From positions 1,472,001-1,536,000 of the forward strand of contig OZ241986.1 of NCBI GenBank assembly GCA_965204375.1: a stretch of 64,000 nucleotides of DNA, in the 5' to 3' direction. The notes under the pieces are model-generated. The model did not search any database. It saw nothing but the letters and a program-made list of their open reading frames with translations, and was not told where the DNA came from. The stretch is from Candidatus Latescibacterota bacterium. GTDB taxonomy: Bacteria; Latescibacterota; UBA2968. Position numbers and translations under genes: made by a program. Positions 10,090-18,331 of the stretch are shown here, one piece after another (the first letter of the stretch is position 1; each line of letters starts with the position of its first letter).

Positions 10090-10830
10090 ATGTCTGAGCA
10101 CGATCCTTTTGAGCTGAGAAAATACTACCGTTATTTGCGGGTTGTCGATGTGGTAGATGCCATGGATGGGGTTGGGTATTTCAATACGGGATTGGTGGAT
10201 TCCGATATTCGCCCCTTGTGGCAAGGGATGAAGTTCTGGGGCGTGGCATTTACCGTGCGCTGTGTGCCCGCAAATCGCCCGATGTGGAAATTGGATACGA
10301 CCGAAGAGATTGTGAAGGCTCACGGCGCGTGGTTCAGCGAGGTGGGCAATCTGAGTTATCGCGATGAGATCCGAGAAGGACATGTCGTGGTTACGGATAC
10401 GGGGGGAAGCGGTGAGGTTGGCATGTGGGGGTCTGCAAATAGTCTTGGTTTGATTGCCAAAGGCGCTGTTGGGATTGTGACGGATGGCTATTGCCGAGAT
10501 ACTGGGGAGTTGATTTTGCAGAAAACCCCAATTTGTTCGCGAGCGAGAGGTCGAACGATTATTCCTGGTCGGATTATGGCGGTTGAAGCACAGGTTCCAG
10601 TGGGGTGCGGCTGTGTTCAGGTGCGGCCCGGCGATATGGTGGGATGCGATGACGACGGCGTTGTTGTGGTGCCCAGTGAAATTGCACCCGAAGTGGCTAC
10701 TCACGCCCGCGCGATTTTAATTGCGGATATGAAATCGCGCAAAAGGCATTATGAGACCCTGGGTATGCCTGTGGATGAGACGGTCGATTGGGAATCTGTG
10801 GAAGCGTATTACAAGGGTCTCGATATCTAA
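10090..10830 (+). CDS. RraA family / HMG-aldolase-like protein
   Basis: GIVTDGYCRD, VRPGDMVGCDDDGVVVVP; ATG at 10090 follows the TBDR stop. Confidence 0.85.
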   Translation: MSEHDPFELRKYYRYLRVVDVVDAMDGVGYFNTGLVDSDIRPLWQGMKFWGVAFTVRCVPANRPMWKLDTTEEIVKAHGAWFSEVGNLSYRDEIREGHVVVTDTGGSGEVGMWGSANSLGLIAKGAVGIVTDGYCRDTGELILQKTPICSRARGRTIIPGRIMAVEAQVPVGCGCVQVRPGDMVGCDDDGVVVVPSEIAPEVATHARAILIADMKSRKRHYETLGMPVDETVDWESVEAYYKGLDI

Positions 10831-10854
10831 GCGCATCCTCTCAGGTACAATACA

Positions 10855-10921
10855 AAAGCCCGTCAAGTTGTAATGAACAGGTCTGTCAAGCGACCTGTTT
10901 TACACTTGGCGGGCTTTTTTT
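10855..10921. terminator. Long bidirectional intrinsic terminator between convergent genes
   Basis: AAAAGCCCGTCAAGT...AACAGGTC/GACCTGTT...ACTTGGCGGGCTTTTTTT. Confidence 0.8.
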
Positions 10922-10950
10922 CAAATACAACTTCGACAGAAATTTACCCT

Positions 10951-11030
10951 AATCCGCCTTCATCTGCGTTCATCTGCGGACCGCCTTTCATCCTGTTTAT
11001 CCTCTAATCCTGCAAATCCTGATTCAGACA
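10951..11030. repeat. Short-period (8-10 nt) intergenic repeat tract, ATCCTG/ATCTGCG families
   Basis: TTCATCTGCG TTCATCTGCG then ATCCTGTTT ATCCTCTA ATCCTGCAA ATCCTGATTCAGACA. Confidence 0.75.
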
Positions 11031-12271
11031 GTTTTTCGCACGGCCGACTTTTTCGATTCGCTGTACAATTTGTCAAATGCTTCTGTGCCGTCGTCTTCAA
11101 TGACATCGAGTGATGAGTCGGGTTCTGATATGGGCTGGGAATCGCTGGGATAGACGTGGTGCATGTCCTGCTTTGTGCAGGCATAATAGGCAACTTCACC
11201 GCTTTTGCGGCGGTACGCGTACAGGTGGCGAGGAGGATCGACCCAGGTGTAGTCTGCGGCGTATTGTTCCAATGCGGCGGGATCAATTTCTACGCCGAGG
11301 CCCGGGGTTTCGGTGACGCGGTAAAAGCCGCCTCGAATTTCAATTGCGGGTTTTACGAGTTGATGCTCCCAGATGTTCATACACGTAATGGCCGGCCATT
11401 TGGCCTGGGGGAGGACCGCCCCCAAATGCGCTGCCCAGGCTGTTGTGATGCCCGAGCCGACGAGTTGCAGCCAGAAGGGCTTGTTCCATTGCTCGCATAC
11501 GGATGCTTGTTTGAGGAGGCGCGAGGCACCTGCACAGATGACAAAACCATCGGTGACATCTTCTTTCATAGTCGTTTCAATGGGCGGGTTGTTGTAGTGC
11601 ATGGCAATGGGCCGCGCGATCAGATTTCTGATTTGCTTGTTGCCCGCCACGTCGTTTTGTGGAATCGGCGTTTCGATCATCGCCACTTCGGGATAGGCTT
11701 CCAATTCTCGCAGGTGCGGGATTGCATTGGCGGAATTGGCGAGGGTGCCGTTGTAGTCGAGGTCGAGGTGAAAGCCAGGTGGTACTACTTTTTGGACGGC
11801 TTGAATAGCCGCGTGCAGGTCAAACCAGGGACGGGCTTTTAGTTTTGAGCTGGTATATCCCGCCTGGGCGGCTTGCCGACACTCTTCTGCCCATCCTTCG
11901 GGTGGCATGTCCATATTCCACCAGGATATCGGACACCAGTCGCGCACTTTTGTGCCCAGCAGACGGTATATGGGAACACCCTGCGCTTTTGCTATGGCAT
12001 CAAATAGAGCCATCTGAACGCCAGCACCGAGGCTGTCATCCCACATCAATTCCGCAGCGGGTCTGCCGACGATTCTGTCTTCAATATCGCCCGGTACTTT
12101 AGCCCAGGTGTAGTTGGGAATGGTTTCTCCCCATCCCTCAATGCCATTTTCGAGTGTGATATGGCAAACCTGGTGTATCCGCCAGTGGGGAAGCCAGTAG
12201 CCGAGGTGTTTCTGGCTGTGTGGCGTGAAGGGGACGTCGAGATTGATGAGTTCAATGGCTTTGATTTTCAT
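11024..12271 (-). CDS. Mandelate racemase/muconate lactonizing enzyme family protein
   Basis: GIEGWGE, MALFDAIAKAQGVPIYRLLG, KLK, DYN, ETP, PGLGVEID; start MKIKAIEL with GGAGG RBS. Confidence 0.88.
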   Translation of the reverse strand: MKIKAIELINLDVPFTPHSQKHLGYWLPHWRIHQVCHITLENGIEGWGETIPNYTWAKVPGDIEDRIVGRPAAELMWDDSLGAGVQMALFDAIAKAQGVPIYRLLGTKVRDWCPISWWNMDMPPEGWAEECRQAAQAGYTSSKLKARPWFDLHAAIQAVQKVVPPGFHLDLDYNGTLANSANAIPHLRELEAYPEVAMIETPIPQNDVAGNKQIRNLIARPIAMHYNNPPIETTMKEDVTDGFVICAGASRLLKQASVCEQWNKPFWLQLVGSGITTAWAAHLGAVLPQAKWPAITCMNIWEHQLVKPAIEIRGGFYRVTETPGLGVEIDPAALEQYAADYTWVDPPRHLYAYRRKSGEVAYYACTKQDMHHVYPSDSQPISEPDSSLDVIEDDGTEAFDKLYSESKKSAVRKTV

Positions 12272-12426
12272 ATTTACCTCCAGAAAAGTTGACGTATGCA
12301 GCGCACGATATGACACATAGTAGCCGATGTCAAGCACAACGGAAGAAAGAAAAGGTGCGTAGTAAAAAAATTGGTTTTATATTGGGTAGGATCTTATTAC
12401 ACACTAACAATTCAAGGAGGCGATGT

Positions 12427-13416
12427 ATGGCAGTGCAGTGTATTCACCTGGGTGTTGGCGGCAGAGGAAAGTGGCCGGTTGCTATGTTTGCCGAGCGAGA
12501 TGATGTGGAGAGTGTGGCATTTGTCGATGTTCACGAAGGCAATATGAATGCCGCTATGGAAGTGTCGGGATTGCCCGAATCGAGATGTTTTAGAACGCTT
12601 GAACAAGCCATGAACAATGTGGAATCGGATTGTGTGATCGTTATCACCCCTCCAGATTCTCACGCGGATATGATTCTGGAAGCGGTGAGAGCGGGGAAAC
12701 ACGTTCTGGTCGAAAAGCCTTTTACAAAGACCCTGGCGTCGGCAAAGCATGTTGTGGAGGAGGCCGATCGCATGGGGGTCAAGGTGGGGGTGAGCCAAAA
12801 TGCAAAATACAATGCGGCGACGATGACACTATCGCGTCACTTGCGGGAACAGACGTATGGCAAGGCGAGTTTCGGGCTTTTCTCCAAGATTGGTTGGCGT
12901 AGCAAGGGCGTGCATCATTCGGGTCACGACGACCATTCTTATTTGTGGGAGCGCGGGATTCACGATCTGGATACTATGCGATATATTATGGGCGAGTTAC
13001 CCGTGCGGATGTGGGCGCACAGTTTTAATCCGCCATGGAGTCCATATAAGGGCGGGGCGGGTGTTTCGGGATGGGTGGAGTTTGATGGGGGAGCGACTGC
13101 GACCTATTTTGCGACTTTTGAACCGCATAAATCGAGCGGCGAAACCCGGGTGGATGTGGATGAAGGTACGCTTTCCCTTGAGGGCGGTAATCTCGTTTTG
13201 ACACGCCGCAAAGCCGATCCCGAAATATTGCCTCTGGACGAGGGACCTACTTCAACAGATCTGATTGTCAATCAATTTGTCGCGTGGATAAGTGGTGGTG
13301 AAGAACCCGAGTTTTCTGGACGCAATAATCTGGTGACTGTGGCGATGGTCGAAGGGATGGGTATTTCATCAGAGTCCGGGCGGATTGTGTCGCTCAAGGA
13401 GTTTGTGAATGTGTGA
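12427..13416 (+). CDS. Gfo/Idh/MocA family oxidoreductase
   Basis: LGVGGRG, ITPPDSH, GKHVLVEKPF, IHDLD. Confidence 0.88.
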   Translation: MAVQCIHLGVGGRGKWPVAMFAERDDVESVAFVDVHEGNMNAAMEVSGLPESRCFRTLEQAMNNVESDCVIVITPPDSHADMILEAVRAGKHVLVEKPFTKTLASAKHVVEEADRMGVKVGVSQNAKYNAATMTLSRHLREQTYGKASFGLFSKIGWRSKGVHHSGHDDHSYLWERGIHDLDTMRYIMGELPVRMWAHSFNPPWSPYKGGAGVSGWVEFDGGATATYFATFEPHKSSGETRVDVDEGTLSLEGGNLVLTRRKADPEILPLDEGPTSTDLIVNQFVAWISGGEEPEFSGRNNLVTVAMVEGMGISSESGRIVSLKEFVNV

Positions 13417-13449
13417 GCGGGATGTTGCCATCATCCGGATAAGAGATAT

Positions 13450-14514
13450 ATGAACTATATCGGAAGCAAGTATTCTCTGCGAGACTTTCTCGAAGAGGGT
13501 ATCCTGAAAAATGTAAATGCAGATTGTAAGGTTTTCTGTGATGTTTTTGCTGGTACGGGTGCTGTGGGAGTGCATTTTAAGCAGAAGAATTTCAAGATCA
13601 TTTCTAACGATATTCAGTACTATGCCTATTGCCTCAATCGCGCACTTGTAGGTATTAGTCAAGAACCCGCATTTGCTGGCGTTCTGGATGATCTGGTGCC
13701 AGCAATACAATTCTGCGACACAACTGACGCTGTATTGGAATATCTCAATAGCTTGGATGGAGATACCGGATTCATCTATCGCAATTATTGTCCGGGGGGA
13801 ACAGAGGGGACGGAGTTTAAGAGACAGTATTTCTCAGATGAGAATGGCAGGCGGTGTGATGCGATTCGAATACAGATTGAAAACTGGTGGCAGGCGGGCA
13901 AGCTGACTGAAGATGAGTATTTTTATCTTCTGGCGAGTTTGATTGATGCGGCAGACCGGGTTGCGAATACGGCGTCGGTCTATGGTGCATTTTTGAAACA
14001 TATCAAGAAGAGTGCGATGAAGCCTCTACAATTGAAGCGGCTTGGTATTGTCGAAAGCGATGAGAAGCACGAAGTACACAATGTAAATGGGCAGGCGTTG
14101 GTCGAGCGTTTGTCTTGCGATGTGCTGTATATGGATCCGCCCTATAATCACCGCCAGTACTGTGCGAATTATCATGTGCTTGAGACGATTGCGCGGTACG
14201 ATGATCCAAATTTAAAAGGCGTGACCGGGCTGCGTCCGCAGGACGATCAAAAGTCGGATTTCTGTATGAAGAGACGGGCGTTACCTGCATTTGAGAAGAT
14301 GGTTAAAAAGACTTCGGCACAGTATGTATTCCTCAGCTATAATAGCGAGGGAATTATGGGTAAGGATGAGATTTTGCAGACGATGGGTCAATACGGAGAG
14401 GTGGATTTGATGACGCGGGATTACCAGCGTTTTCGGGCGGATGTGGATCGGGAGAATCGGGTATATAAAGCTGATCAGGTGGAGGAGTATCTGTTCTGTT
14501 TGAATAAGCAGTGA
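13450..14514 (+). CDS. Orphan m6A DNA methyltransferase, M.NlaIII/M.HpyI-like (D12 class)
   Basis: MNYIGSK, DVFAGTGAVG, RQYFSDENG, VANTASVYGAFLK, YMDPPYN.RQY.ANYH, FLSYNSEG. Confidence 0.9.
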   Translation: MNYIGSKYSLRDFLEEGILKNVNADCKVFCDVFAGTGAVGVHFKQKNFKIISNDIQYYAYCLNRALVGISQEPAFAGVLDDLVPAIQFCDTTDAVLEYLNSLDGDTGFIYRNYCPGGTEGTEFKRQYFSDENGRRCDAIRIQIENWWQAGKLTEDEYFYLLASLIDAADRVANTASVYGAFLKHIKKSAMKPLQLKRLGIVESDEKHEVHNVNGQALVERLSCDVLYMDPPYNHRQYCANYHVLETIARYDDPNLKGVTGLRPQDDQKSDFCMKRRALPAFEKMVKKTSAQYVFLSYNSEGIMGKDEILQTMGQYGEVDLMTRDYQRFRADVDRENRVYKADQVEEYLFCLNKQ

Positions 14515-15656
14515 GATACGGGACGTTTATGGATCGGTTCACATATATTGCGTTGGTGCTGGCTCTCGCTACTTACTTGCCATCTCAAATACAGGGTAGA
14601 ACGATGATTGTTGCAACACAGAGTTCATCGGAAAAGTCAAAAGCTGCAGCCGATTTTGTAGGCGATGGGGTGGGCGATCAGGAGGAGATGTACGCGGCGA
14701 TTCACGTGCTTCCATCATCTGGCGGGACTGTGACGCTGATGGAGGGCACGTATGATATTCGTAAGGTGGAGGGCAAGCTCGGGGGGGTGATTATCGACCG
14801 CAGCAATGTGACGCTAATAGGGCAGGGGGCAGCCACGCGGTTGATTCTGGCGCCGGAGCAGAATACCAATGTGATCCGCATTATCGGGAATGGCGTGGGA
14901 AATATTGTGATTCGGGATCTCTGGGTAGATCAAAATCGGGATCAGAACCCGTATAACGGGGCTGAGTTTGTAAATATTTCGCATGGGCGGTTCGAGTATA
15001 ACGGCATTAAAGCATTTTGTGCAGAGCCAGGGGGATCCTGTCCCGAGCCGACGCACAATATTACGATTGAGAATTGTACAGTGCTGAACGCGCAGAGGCT
15101 GGGTATTATGCTGGATGGGCCCAATATGCGGGTGGTGAATAACCATCTGGGCAATGCCCACTCCGATGCGGTGGAGCTTCTGGAGGGGCCGGGTTTTGTG
15201 ATGGGAAATTTTGTGGAGATTACCGGGCGCACGCATGTTGCGGTAGGGTCTGATCGCGGGAATTCGATTATTATGGCGAATAATATCGTGCATGTGCGAG
15301 AGGGAGGCGATCTGGATATTGCTTTTCGATCCTGGGCAGATTCAGAGCGGCATGTAATTTCCAATAATATTGTTATGGTGGATCAGGGCGGAAAGTTGGG
15401 GCTGGCGATGGATGTGCGCGGTTTTGATACGTCTATTACGGGGAATATGATTCGGGGGAGGGGGGAGGGGAAGCGTCTGCCACTGTGGCTTACTGGCGCG
15501 GGGATGGCGGTTACTGGCAATCATTTTCAGAATGTGGAGTTGATCGTGAATGACCAGACCGGTACGAATCGCCCGATTCTGATTCAGGGTAATGTGATGG
15601 AAAATTCCGGCGTTTCGCATGAGGTGGGTAATCTGATTCGCCCGGAGGGAGATTGA
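14511..15656 (+). CDS. Secreted right-handed beta-helix (pectin-lyase-like fold) protein
   Basis: Hydrophobic signal; GGTVTLMEGTYDI, SNVTLIGQG, repeated I.GN.I/I.NN.V PbH1-like units; alternative start 14529. Confidence 0.75.
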   Translation: MRYGTFMDRFTYIALVLALATYLPSQIQGRTMIVATQSSSEKSKAAADFVGDGVGDQEEMYAAIHVLPSSGGTVTLMEGTYDIRKVEGKLGGVIIDRSNVTLIGQGAATRLILAPEQNTNVIRIIGNGVGNIVIRDLWVDQNRDQNPYNGAEFVNISHGRFEYNGIKAFCAEPGGSCPEPTHNITIENCTVLNAQRLGIMLDGPNMRVVNNHLGNAHSDAVELLEGPGFVMGNFVEITGRTHVAVGSDRGNSIIMANNIVHVREGGDLDIAFRSWADSERHVISNNIVMVDQGGKLGLAMDVRGFDTSITGNMIRGRGEGKRLPLWLTGAGMAVTGNHFQNVELIVNDQTGTNRPILIQGNVMENSGVSHEVGNLIRPEGD

Positions 15657-15658
15657 GC

Positions 15659-16087
15659 ATGAGCGAAAATAAGCTGGCGTTCGATCATATACACATCATC
15701 AGTGAGGATCCGCGAGCTTCGGCAACGTGGTACGTCGATAAACTCGGCGCGACGATCAATGCCGATTACAAGCTTCGCGGCGCGCCGCAGATCAATGTAA
15801 GTCTGGGAGGGATGACGCTTCTGATCCGAGGAAGACGATCTGGTGAAGATCCGTCCAGGCCCGCGCCGATGCGAGATTTCGAGGATTATTCGAGCCATGA
15901 TGAATACGGTACCGATCACTTTGGTTTTACGTACCGTGGCGACTTGCGGGCGTATTGCGAAGTGTTGCGCGATAAAGGGGTAGAGTTTGTGGTTGAGCCG
16001 TGGGAATTTATATCTGGTAGCGGTGGTGTGATATGCTATATCGCCGCACCCGATGGCGTGAGTATCGAGCTTGTTCAAGCGAGGTAG
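15659..16087 (+). CDS. VOC/glyoxalase family protein
   Basis: FDHIHI, GTDHFGF, YIAAPDGVSIELVQ. Confidence 0.85.
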   Translation: MSENKLAFDHIHIISEDPRASATWYVDKLGATINADYKLRGAPQINVSLGGMTLLIRGRRSGEDPSRPAPMRDFEDYSSHDEYGTDHFGFTYRGDLRAYCEVLRDKGVEFVVEPWEFISGSGGVICYIAAPDGVSIELVQAR

Positions 16088-16215
16088 TGTTGACTGGTAG
16101 AGCGATATCGCCTATAAGAATACAATATTGTCTCAGGATGGCATCTGCATTATGTTTAGATAGGTTATGAAACTCCATATTGATTATGTGTGTCGAATAA
16201 AAAAGGAGATTCGAT

Positions 16216-17112
16216 ATGTCAGAACAGGATTATCGCGTTGCACCGCCGGGGTTTACGCAGGATCAGTGGGAGGAATTTCAAAAGGATGGCATGCTCGTTG
16301 TGGAAGACGCGTTGACAGACGAGGAATGCGATCGCTATATCGAGATGATGGATGCCGCGGCTGCCCGCAGTGAAAAATACGATTCTGCGAAGTTTTTTGG
16401 TCCAAACAATATCGTGGAGCGGTATCCCGAATTTGCCGAGTTGATCGATCACCCCCGGCACATCGGCTTTATGCACGATGTGTATGGCGAATTGTTAAAA
16501 CTCCATATTTCTCAATTTTTCTTACGTCCTCGTGATACCAGTCGCAACAAATGGCATCCCGATGGCGCGCGCGCTTTGCCCTATGGCGTTTTTTCACCGG
16601 TTTTGCCCATACAAATCAAAGTGGCGTATTGGCTGACCGATCTTCCCGAGTCGGATATGGGAAATTTTGTCTATATGCCCGGCAGCCACAAGGGGCAGTA
16701 TTTTGATTTTTACGATACTCATGAAGAAGTTCCCGGCGAAAAGGTAGTTTGCCCGAAGCGCGGCACAATGACGTTTATGCATTGCAATACATGGCATCGC
16801 GTAGCGCCGAATAATACGGATGTTGTGAGAAAGAACATCTTTTTGGCTTATTGTCCGTCGTGGGTTTGCGAAGCAGATCGGCACCAATGTGATCCCGATT
16901 GGCTCGCTACACTGAACCGCGAACAGCGCATTATTATGCGAAGTTACAATAGCGGATATGCCAGGACCAAGCCCGCGGCCAGTGAATTTCCGCTCTTTCT
17001 GGATCGGGAAACGGGTTTTGATCGAGACTATGGTGTTTGGCCCGATCACGTCGCGTTGCATCGGCGCAAACGCATGACCACAGTTGAAAAATTTGAGTTG
17101 GCATCTACTTGA
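16216..17112 (+). CDS. Phytanoyl-CoA dioxygenase (PhyH) family Fe(II)/2OG enzyme
   Basis: WHPD, GNFVYMPGSH, TWHRVAPN...RK. Confidence 0.88.
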   Translation: MSEQDYRVAPPGFTQDQWEEFQKDGMLVVEDALTDEECDRYIEMMDAAAARSEKYDSAKFFGPNNIVERYPEFAELIDHPRHIGFMHDVYGELLKLHISQFFLRPRDTSRNKWHPDGARALPYGVFSPVLPIQIKVAYWLTDLPESDMGNFVYMPGSHKGQYFDFYDTHEEVPGEKVVCPKRGTMTFMHCNTWHRVAPNNTDVVRKNIFLAYCPSWVCEADRHQCDPDWLATLNREQRIIMRSYNSGYARTKPAASEFPLFLDRETGFDRDYGVWPDHVALHRRKRMTTVEKFELAST

Positions 17113-17126
17113 TGCAGGAGGCTGTT

Positions 17127-18071
17127 GTGAAGGTATTGATTAATGATCGCCTGGACGATCATCACCAGGTTCAGATTCAATCGTCGGCTGAGGATATCGA
17201 TCTGATTATCCCCGAGTCAAGTGATGATGCGCTGGATATTATGCCCGAAATTGACATCATTTTTGGGGGCATGAGCCGCGATATGTTCAAACGAGCCGAA
17301 CGCCTGAAGTGGGTGCAGACCTGGGGGGCAGGCGTCGATGGAATGATGTATGCCGAGTTTGTCCATAGTGAGGTGATTTTGACGAGTGCAAAGGGCACTG
17401 TGGGCGTTCATTTGTCGGAACACGCGATGGCTCTTTTACTCGGATTGACGCGGGGGATTGCGCGCGCGGTCAGAACGGAGGATTGGAATGAGCGTATGCC
17501 CATTCGCCACGCATCGTGGGAATTGATCGATAAAACAATGGGGATTGTGGGGTTGGGCGGCACGGGATGCGATGTGGCAATCCGGGCACATGCGTTTGGC
17601 ATGAAAATTATAGCTGTTGATCCAGAAGACGTCGAGGTGCCAGACTGTGTAGAGGCCTGCTGGAATATGGATCGTTTTTACGATCTTTTATCGGCGTCTG
17701 ACATCGTGGTAGTCTGCTGCCCCTTGACAGAGGAAACACGCGGGATCTTCGATCACCTGGCATTTGAAAAAATGCAGAATCACGCGCTTCTGGTTAATGT
17801 CACGCGGGGTAAAATTATGGATGAAGCATCCCTGGTTGAGGCATTGAAAACCGGGCAGATTGCCGGGGCGGGGTTAGATGTGACGCCACAAGAGCCATTG
17901 CCGGACGATCATCCGTTGTGGAATATGCCCAATGTTATTATCACACCGCATACTGCGGGGGGATCTCCCAATAGGCAGGACCGCATTGTGAATCTGTTCT
18001 GCGAAAACTTGCGGCGTTTTATGAATGGGGAAGATATGCTGAGTGTGATCGATAAAAATAAGGGGTATTGA
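17127..18071 (+). CDS. D-2-hydroxyacid dehydrogenase
   Basis: GIVGLGGTG, LLVNVTRGKIMDE, GAGLDV..QEPLP, ITPHTAG; GTG start after GGAGG (ORF track starts at 17109). Confidence 0.9.
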   Translation: MKVLINDRLDDHHQVQIQSSAEDIDLIIPESSDDALDIMPEIDIIFGGMSRDMFKRAERLKWVQTWGAGVDGMMYAEFVHSEVILTSAKGTVGVHLSEHAMALLLGLTRGIARAVRTEDWNERMPIRHASWELIDKTMGIVGLGGTGCDVAIRAHAFGMKIIAVDPEDVEVPDCVEACWNMDRFYDLLSASDIVVVCCPLTEETRGIFDHLAFEKMQNHALLVNVTRGKIMDEASLVEALKTGQIAGAGLDVTPQEPLPDDHPLWNMPNVIITPHTAGGSPNRQDRIVNLFCENLRRFMNGEDMLSVIDKNKGY

Positions 18072-18127
18072 ATACGTTTTCTCTTGACACAATGTTATAA
18101 ATATATTGATATTTACAACGAAGCATG

Positions 18128-18153
18128 TACTGAGGTGTATTACTCAGTATAAT
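18128..18153 (+). promoter_or_regulatory. Palindromic operator-like site overlapping a TATAAT -10 box
   Basis: TACTGAG-N8-CTCAGTA (18128-18149); TATAAT at 18148-18153. Confidence 0.45.
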
Positions 18154-18170
18154 TCTAAACATTATATTTA

Positions 18171-18266
18171 ATGGTCTCGGGCAAGGGTGACCCGAGGTCA
18201 TGTGCCCTTCTCCTAAGTAGGAATCCCTGTGTTGGGGTCACCGAATCGGGGGAAGGGCGTTTTTTT
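18171..18266 (+). promoter_or_regulatory. Structured 5' leader ending in an intrinsic terminator (candidate attenuator)
   Basis: Hairpin 18171-18201; terminator stem GCCCTTCTCC/GGGGAAGGGC plus T7; alternative GGTGACCC/GGGTCACC pairing. Confidence 0.5.
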
Positions 18267-18331
18267 GTGTGGCAGTGCCCTTATTCGGCGTTTATATTAG
18301 GCGGTCAGAAAGGTAAGAAGGAGGTTTTTGA

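Noticed and set aside
10960-11286. 108-aa minus-strand ORF ending LSESGFAGLEDKQDERRSADERR
   Set aside because: Its tail is simply the translation of the periodic repeat, and the rest overlaps the enolase gene out of frame.
18171-18266. c-di-GMP-I riboswitch, suggested by CCUAA...GGGGUCACCGA
   Set aside because: It lacks the GGCAAA...GAAA tetraloop...GACGCAAA P2 module, so it is kept only as an unclassified leader.
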